Positions 35,827-40,319 of a stretch of DNA of 40,319 nt are shown here, piece after piece (position 1 is the stretch's first letter; each line of letters begins with the position of its first letter). The notes beneath the pieces are model-generated. The model did no database searches. It was not told the origin of the DNA and saw nothing but the letters and a program-made list of their open reading frames with translations. Location: NCBI GenBank assembly GCA_001940755.1, contig MEHH01000001.1, positions 1-40,319 of the forward strand, read 5' to 3'. The position numbers and the translations under genes are program-made. The DNA comes from Candidatus Heimdallarchaeota archaeon AB_125. Lineage in GTDB: Archaea > Asgardarchaeota > Heimdallarchaeia > Heimdallarchaeales > Heimdallarchaeaceae.

Positions 35827-36750
35827 TTAAATTCTGACTGTTAGTTTTAATGCACCTTCTTTACATGCATCAACACATTCACCACAATTTATACACATCT
35901 TATCCGTTACATCCTTATCATACGTAAGTATCGGCACTTGTACAGGACATGCTTTTTCACAACTATCACAACCACTTGTACATCTGTTCTTGTTAACTCT
36001 GAGTCCAAATATACTAAATCGACTGAAAAATCCTAGAAGCACTCCAGTTGGACATATCCATCTGCAATATGCTCTTGGATACAATGTGATTAAGACTATA
36101 ACGATAATGAAGATAATTATTCTTAAGAAGAAGAGGAATTTCCATTGTCCTATTTCAGCTCCAAAGGAAGCATTTTGCATACCCCAGTAAAGATAATAGT
36201 ACAGCGTGGCGAAAAGTGTAGAAGCAGGATCTATAGTGCTATAAGGCATGTCTTTACCTGCACCGAATGTTGTTTTTGTGCCACTATTATTAAAAGTGAT
36301 ACCAATGATGAATGACATTATTAAGATAAAAACAAGTATAGCAGTTCCAATTCTGCTTAGACTTTTGTTGGTTGGACGAGATACTCTCTTTTTCTTTATC
36401 GGAATTAGTCTAAATAAATCTTGAAAGAGTCCAAATGGACATACCCACCCACAGGTGGTTTTTCCCAATATTGATCCAAATAGCATAAATACTGAGAGAG
36501 CTAGATAGGGGAATACCCATGCAGTTAGAAGATATTGCAAAGCTTCAAATGCATTCCATACTGTTGAGAATGGTCCTCCAGTTGGAAAAGCAATTGGTAA
36601 GAGCATTTGTGTTCTTGCTAATCCGAAGATTAAACCATTAAGAAGCCCAAACATTATAAATTGAACAATAAATCTTATGATTCTAATTCTATGATTTTGG
36701 AAAGGTCTGAGAATTGTTGAGAATATTGGTTTTAATTGTTTTGTAGCCAT
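35827..36750 (-). CDS. NapH/MauN/YccM-type membrane-bound polyferredoxin (4Fe-4S binding)
   Basis: 307 aa. Membrane-proximal motifs are CGWVCPFGLFQD and CRWICPTGVLLG. The C-terminal ferredoxin motifs are CTSGCDSCEKACP and CINCGECVDAC. It has 4 or more TM segments. Confidence 0.7.
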   Translation of the reverse strand: MATKQLKPIFSTILRPFQNHRIRIIRFIVQFIMFGLLNGLIFGLARTQMLLPIAFPTGGPFSTVWNAFEALQYLLTAWVFPYLALSVFMLFGSILGKTTCGWVCPFGLFQDLFRLIPIKKKRVSRPTNKSLSRIGTAILVFILIMSFIIGITFNNSGTKTTFGAGKDMPYSTIDPASTLFATLYYYLYWGMQNASFGAEIGQWKFLFFLRIIIFIIVIVLITLYPRAYCRWICPTGVLLGFFSRFSIFGLRVNKNRCTSGCDSCEKACPVQVPILTYDKDVTDKMCINCGECVDACKEGALKLTVRI

Positions 36751-36764
36751 TTCTAATCACCTGT

Positions 36765-36965
36765 TTAGCCTGTTATTGGATTTGGAAAACCAGTTACATA
36801 TGTACTCAAGAAATCCTTCATTACAAAATCAGTAAATGAGCTGATTTGATCGTACCATAGAACTTGACTTTGGACAATAGCGATAATTAGAAAGATAATT
36901 CCTATTGCCAAAAAGAATATCAGGTATATCCTATTTCTCGCATTCATGATGACTGAAGACGTCAA
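36765..36965 (-). CDS. small single-TM membrane protein upstream of the NapH-like gene
   Basis: 66 aa with one clear TM segment (IYLIFFLAIGIIFLIIAIV). It ends 14 nt before the NapH-like start on the same strand. No family recognised. Confidence 0.4.
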   Translation of the reverse strand: MTSSVIMNARNRIYLIFFLAIGIIFLIIAIVQSQVLWYDQISSFTDFVMKDFLSTYVTGFPNPITG

Positions 36966-37038
36966 AAGTTACACCTATTAAAAATTTTGCTTTACGTGGA
37001 GTCTTTGTTTATGTGTATAGAAAACTACTATTTCTTTA

Positions 37039-37374
37039 ATGGGACTTTTAGAGAACAGATTTTTTCTCAAACACAAGGCATTTAAACAATTAAATAAAAT
37101 GTACTTCATGACCCAAAACGGTATGTGGAAAGTTACACCCCTTAAATCATGTATTTTAGCTTTACTAGATAAAAGAGGAGGAGTAATTCTAGAAAGTGAT
37201 TTAGAAAATCCACTGAAAGATATGTATGGAGATTTTTCTGATTCTGAACTTAATAAAGCTCTAATGACACTTGAGAATCAAGGCTTAATCCATGTTAGTT
37301 GGATATCAAAAACTAAACGCCGAATTCAAAAAATGACCAAAGACATGAATTTTTTAGCAGTTGGAGAGGATTAA
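37039..37374 (+). CDS. small winged-helix-like protein
   Basis: 111 aa; the true start may be an internal Met (MYFMTQ or MTQNG). LKSCILALLDKRGGVILESDL...LNKALMTLENQGLIHVSWISKTKRRI has a helix-turn-helix-plus-wing pattern. It is an isolated plus-strand gene between minus-strand units. Confidence 0.45.
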   Translation: MGLLENRFFLKHKAFKQLNKMYFMTQNGMWKVTPLKSCILALLDKRGGVILESDLENPLKDMYGDFSDSELNKALMTLENQGLIHVSWISKTKRRIQKMTKDMNFLAVGED

Positions 37375-37407
37375 TTAGCAAGAAATTTGCTAACAAAACC
37401 ATCTTGA

Positions 37408-38673
37408 TTAGCTTGAATGGTTTGTAAAAATTACTAAATATCTATTAATGACATTATGTTTTCTGCCTATTTGCACTGGTACTGATACATGGAAAAATTC
37501 GCTTCTTTCTTGAATAAGTAAAGAGCACTGATTAGCTATTCTTTCTATGTTAGGATTCACTTCAAGTCCATCTGGATATCGATACACAGGTATTATAAAT
37601 ACAATTTTCCTATTATTTTTCAGAAAACTGGATCCCTCTTGTAAAACTTTAATGTAAAGCTTCTCAAGAGATTTCATAGTTTCTCTTGCTTCTTCTTTTG
37701 AAGGAAGATCTTTCAAAAACGGGCCAAGATGTGGTTCTGTAACAATTGCATCAAGGTTTTTGTCTGTTAGTGTTTTTCCTAAATCTCTTGAATCTTGACT
37801 ATAAACAACCCACTTGTCCTTCATTTTAGCTTTTGCAGGATATTTTAAACTAAAAGCATTAAGATTTTCTTTAGTAGCTCTAAAGCATTTAGGGTCTTTA
37901 TCCACACCAATAGTTCGTATTTTTTGTTTAAGTGCTTCAATCAGAATAGTACCAGTTCCACAAAAAGGATCTAATATTAATCCTTCATCAGATACTTCAG
38001 AAAGAAACACAAGTGTTCTAGAAAGTTTAATTGATGTTCCATGAGTGAAAAGTCTTGTTTGTCTCCCCTCATCTTGTTTGATGTCTAGTAATGGATTAGT
38101 AACCCAGTTAGTAATACCAAAAATAAGTTTAGATTTAACAACAAAACAAATAATCTCAAATCCTCTTCTATGAAGATTCTCTTTGTAAAACTGATATGGT
38201 GTTAATTGAGAGTATGTTTTCTTTATTCCTAGAATTTTTGTAAGTAACTTCATGTCTTTTGAGTAGTTAGTAATTGTTGTTCTTATGAATTCAACAATGT
38301 TATTTCTTAACTCTAGACTTTTTGTTTGAACATCTAAAGCAACTTTTAGTTGTTTATTTTTATCGGATGAATGTTTGTTTATATTCATAACTAAATGATC
38401 TTTAATTTTGAGTTTCCATTCATCTTCCTTCTCAATATTTACTGAAGAATTGATATAACCAGCCTTTACTATACTGCCAGTTTTATCAAGTTGTTTAAAG
38501 AATTTGGTAAAACTATTCCTGTTTAACTTTAATAAAATATAATCCATCCATTCAGTAAAAGCAATATTTTCCACACCAATTTTCTTTAATAAAACAGATA
38601 ACTCTAATTTTGATAGCTCTTTGTTTGAACCAAGTTTTACAAAAATAGAGTAGTTGGAAGACATTTTAATCAT
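37408..38673 (-). CDS. class I SAM-dependent methyltransferase, Trm11/UPF0020-like (putative RNA methyltransferase) with N-terminal extension
   Basis: 421 aa. Motif I is ILDPFCGTGTILIEA, preceded by RLFTHGTSIKLSRTLVFLS (substrate-arm pattern of UPF0020/Trm11). The motif IV position reads VTEPHLG instead of DPPYG. It has a TAATG overlap with the fen stop. Confidence 0.55.
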   Translation of the reverse strand: MIKMSSNYSIFVKLGSNKELSKLELSVLLKKIGVENIAFTEWMDYILLKLNRNSFTKFFKQLDKTGSIVKAGYINSSVNIEKEDEWKLKIKDHLVMNINKHSSDKNKQLKVALDVQTKSLELRNNIVEFIRTTITNYSKDMKLLTKILGIKKTYSQLTPYQFYKENLHRRGFEIICFVVKSKLIFGITNWVTNPLLDIKQDEGRQTRLFTHGTSIKLSRTLVFLSEVSDEGLILDPFCGTGTILIEALKQKIRTIGVDKDPKCFRATKENLNAFSLKYPAKAKMKDKWVVYSQDSRDLGKTLTDKNLDAIVTEPHLGPFLKDLPSKEEARETMKSLEKLYIKVLQEGSSFLKNNRKIVFIIPVYRYPDGLEVNPNIERIANQCSLLIQERSEFFHVSVPVQIGRKHNVINRYLVIFTNHSS

Positions 38674-39710
38674 TATCCGAAAAATGCATCAAGATTTTTC
38701 TGTTTCAAAGCAGTTTCTTGTCCCTTTTTTGCTCTTTGTAGAGTACTAATTACTCTTTCTTTTGCAAATCCTCTCTCTTCACATAGAAATTCAACTGCTC
38801 CTTCAACATCTATTGATTTGAATTTCAGATTAACATCTTCAACAATTGGAGGATTTAGGAATATTTCTCGTATTGCTTCATAATCTGCATTAAGTTCAAT
38901 TTTGGTTTCCTTTTCCAGAACAGTTTCTAAATTTCCATGTAATTTGATGTATTTGTAAGCTGTTTTGGGACCAACTCCTTTAACGCCATCAGGATTGAAA
39001 TCTGTACCAATCAGAATAGACAGATCAACCAATTGTTCTCTAGTAATTTCTAGAGCTTGAAGTAAATCTCTTGTATTAAAAAGCTCAACATTGATGGTCG
39101 TAAACCTATTAGATCGAGGAAGTTTTCTTCTCCCTGAAAGAGTTAGATTTCTTACTAGTAATGGAGACCCAAAAAGTAAACTATCATAATCTTGAGAAGC
39201 AACAGCGTAGACTTTGTTTGTTCTCACTAGATGTGCAGCTTGTGATTCCCCTTCTTGTGGTGCCTCAATAATTGGTATTCCCATCGATGATAAAAGCTTC
39301 TTACTATCTTCAACCATTGATTTTGTAAGCTTGCTCGTTCTTTGAGCAACTGTGCGAGCTCTTTCCATATCCCCTCTTTCTAAAGCATCTTCATACTCTT
39401 CTCTGGCTTTTTCTTTCACTTTAGCTCTTCGCTGAATTTCCTCTCTCTTCAGTTTTGATGGAGCTCCATCAAAAACATAAACTAGCTGAATTCCTTTCTC
39501 AATTAACCTTGCATTTCTATACAATAGTCCAGATAAATGACTAGTTACTGAACCTTCAGAATCGGTTAACAGTCCCCCATCATACCCTCGTATTGATGCT
39601 AGAAACTGGTAAATTATATTATATGCATCAACTGCTAATTTCTTCTGACGTAGTTGATCCAGTTCTATTGGAGTCCCTTGAAAAAGGTCGCTAATTTTTT
39701 TGACACCCAT
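38673..39710 (-). CDS. fen: flap endonuclease 1 (FEN-1)
   Basis: 345 aa. The N-terminus MGVKKISDLF...LAVDAYNIIYQFL is followed by XPG-N/I blocks and an H3TH region (GTDFNPDGVKGVGPKTA). The C-terminal PIP box QKNLDAFF is present. Confidence 0.95.
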   Translation of the reverse strand: MGVKKISDLFQGTPIELDQLRQKKLAVDAYNIIYQFLASIRGYDGGLLTDSEGSVTSHLSGLLYRNARLIEKGIQLVYVFDGAPSKLKREEIQRRAKVKEKAREEYEDALERGDMERARTVAQRTSKLTKSMVEDSKKLLSSMGIPIIEAPQEGESQAAHLVRTNKVYAVASQDYDSLLFGSPLLVRNLTLSGRRKLPRSNRFTTINVELFNTRDLLQALEITREQLVDLSILIGTDFNPDGVKGVGPKTAYKYIKLHGNLETVLEKETKIELNADYEAIREIFLNPPIVEDVNLKFKSIDVEGAVEFLCEERGFAKERVISTLQRAKKGQETALKQKNLDAFFG

Positions 39711-39773
39711 GTGAGTTCACCTAGCAAGTTAATTTCTATAGTTCAGTTAAAAAACTTGCCTAAAAGAAGAAAA

Positions 39774-40319
39774 TCAACCATATTTTCCAGTTAAGGGTAC
39801 AAATGCAACCCCACCCATTTTTTTCTCAGCATATTCATCTTCAGATTCTCTTTTGATAAGTACAAGCTCTTGATAAAACATTCTTCCAAGAGGTAAAACA
39901 AGGATTCCACCAATTTTCAGTTGTTTTAACAAAGGTGGAGGTACTCTTTTACTAGCAGCTGCAACTGAGATAATATCATAAGGAGCTTCTTCAGGATATC
40001 CTAATCCTCCATCTGATTGAAGAACTGTTACACTTTCAGAATAACCTGTTTTATCAATGTTTGTTTTTGCAAACTCAGCAAGTTCAGGAATTATCTCGCT
40101 AGCATATACGTGTCCTGGATTGGAAGAAGCTTCAGGTGCAACCATTTCTGCAAACATAGCAGCATTATACCCGCTTCCCGCCCCTACTTCGAGAACTTTG
40201 TCACCAATTTTTGGGTTTGTACATTTAGGAGAAATATATATCATTACCATATGAATTGCACTTAGGGTTTGTCCAGAAAGAATTGGAAGAGGAGTATCCA
40301 CATAAGCTCGATCTCTATG
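39774..40319 (-). CDS. pcm: protein-L-isoaspartate O-methyltransferase, N-terminus truncated by the right window edge
   Basis: The frame stays open to the window end, where it reads HRDRAYVDTPLPI. The track M at 40301 is a GTG-encoded Val. SAM motif VLEVGAGSGYNAAMFAEMV and the blocks YDIISVAAA and GGILVLPLG are typical of PIMT. Confidence 0.85.
   Translation of the reverse strand, partial: HRDRAYVDTPLPILSGQTLSAIHMVMIYISPKCTNPKIGDKVLEVGAGSGYNAAMFAEMVAPEASSNPGHVYASEIIPELAEFAKTNIDKTGYSESVTVLQSDGGLGYPEEAPYDIISVAAASKRVPPPLLKQLKIGGILVLPLGRMFYQELVLIKRESEDEYAEKKMGGVAFVPLTGKYG

Overview
This is an AT-rich, gene-dense archaeal chromosomal segment. It holds about 35 genes, and all but three are on the minus strand. 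Many neighbouring genes have ATGA or TAATG stop/start overlaps or gaps of only 1-10 nt.

The housekeeping content is clearly archaeal: FEN-1 with a C-terminal PIP box, Cdc48/VCP, an aEF-2-family GTPase, ThyX, protein-isoaspartate methyltransferase, and the F420-related genes cofG, cofE and a FrhB-like gene. A Rab/Ras-like small GTPase is coupled to a longin/roadblock-like protein, and the EF-2 has a diverged diphthamide loop. Together these suggest an Asgard (Lokiarchaeia-like) source, but that is inference only.

The centre of the window (5508-27401, about 22 kb) holds two diverged, same-strand copies of one membrane-associated cassette. The shared order is TM-anchored DUF4129 protein, DUF4350/GldG-like protein, MoxR AAA+ ATPase, DUF58 (vWA-like) and a polytopic membrane protein with an acidic tail. 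Only an oppositely oriented thyX separates the two copies.
- Copy 1 (5508-18278) is headed by a 1021-aa membrane protein whose transglutaminase-like core appears to lack the Cys-His-Asp triad. Next comes a 1216-aa surface protein with a cytoplasmic DUF4129 tail. The DUF4350 gene of this copy is interrupted by an in-frame TGA.
- Copy 2 (19488-27401) is headed by a PrsW-like intramembrane protease fused to a double zinc ribbon.

This module has no assigned function. I consider it the best candidate for an undescribed system in the window.

Secondary leads:
- an amidohydrolase (deaminase-type motifs) coupled to the archaeal riboflavin/FO reductase and cofG
- a protein with four CBS motifs and an HPF/RaiA-like C-terminus
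- the GTPase plus longin-like pair
- the EF-2 diphthamide-loop divergence

I saw no rRNA, tRNA, CRISPR array, transposase or integrase. All family calls come from motif recognition by eye; no HMM or BLAST search was possible.
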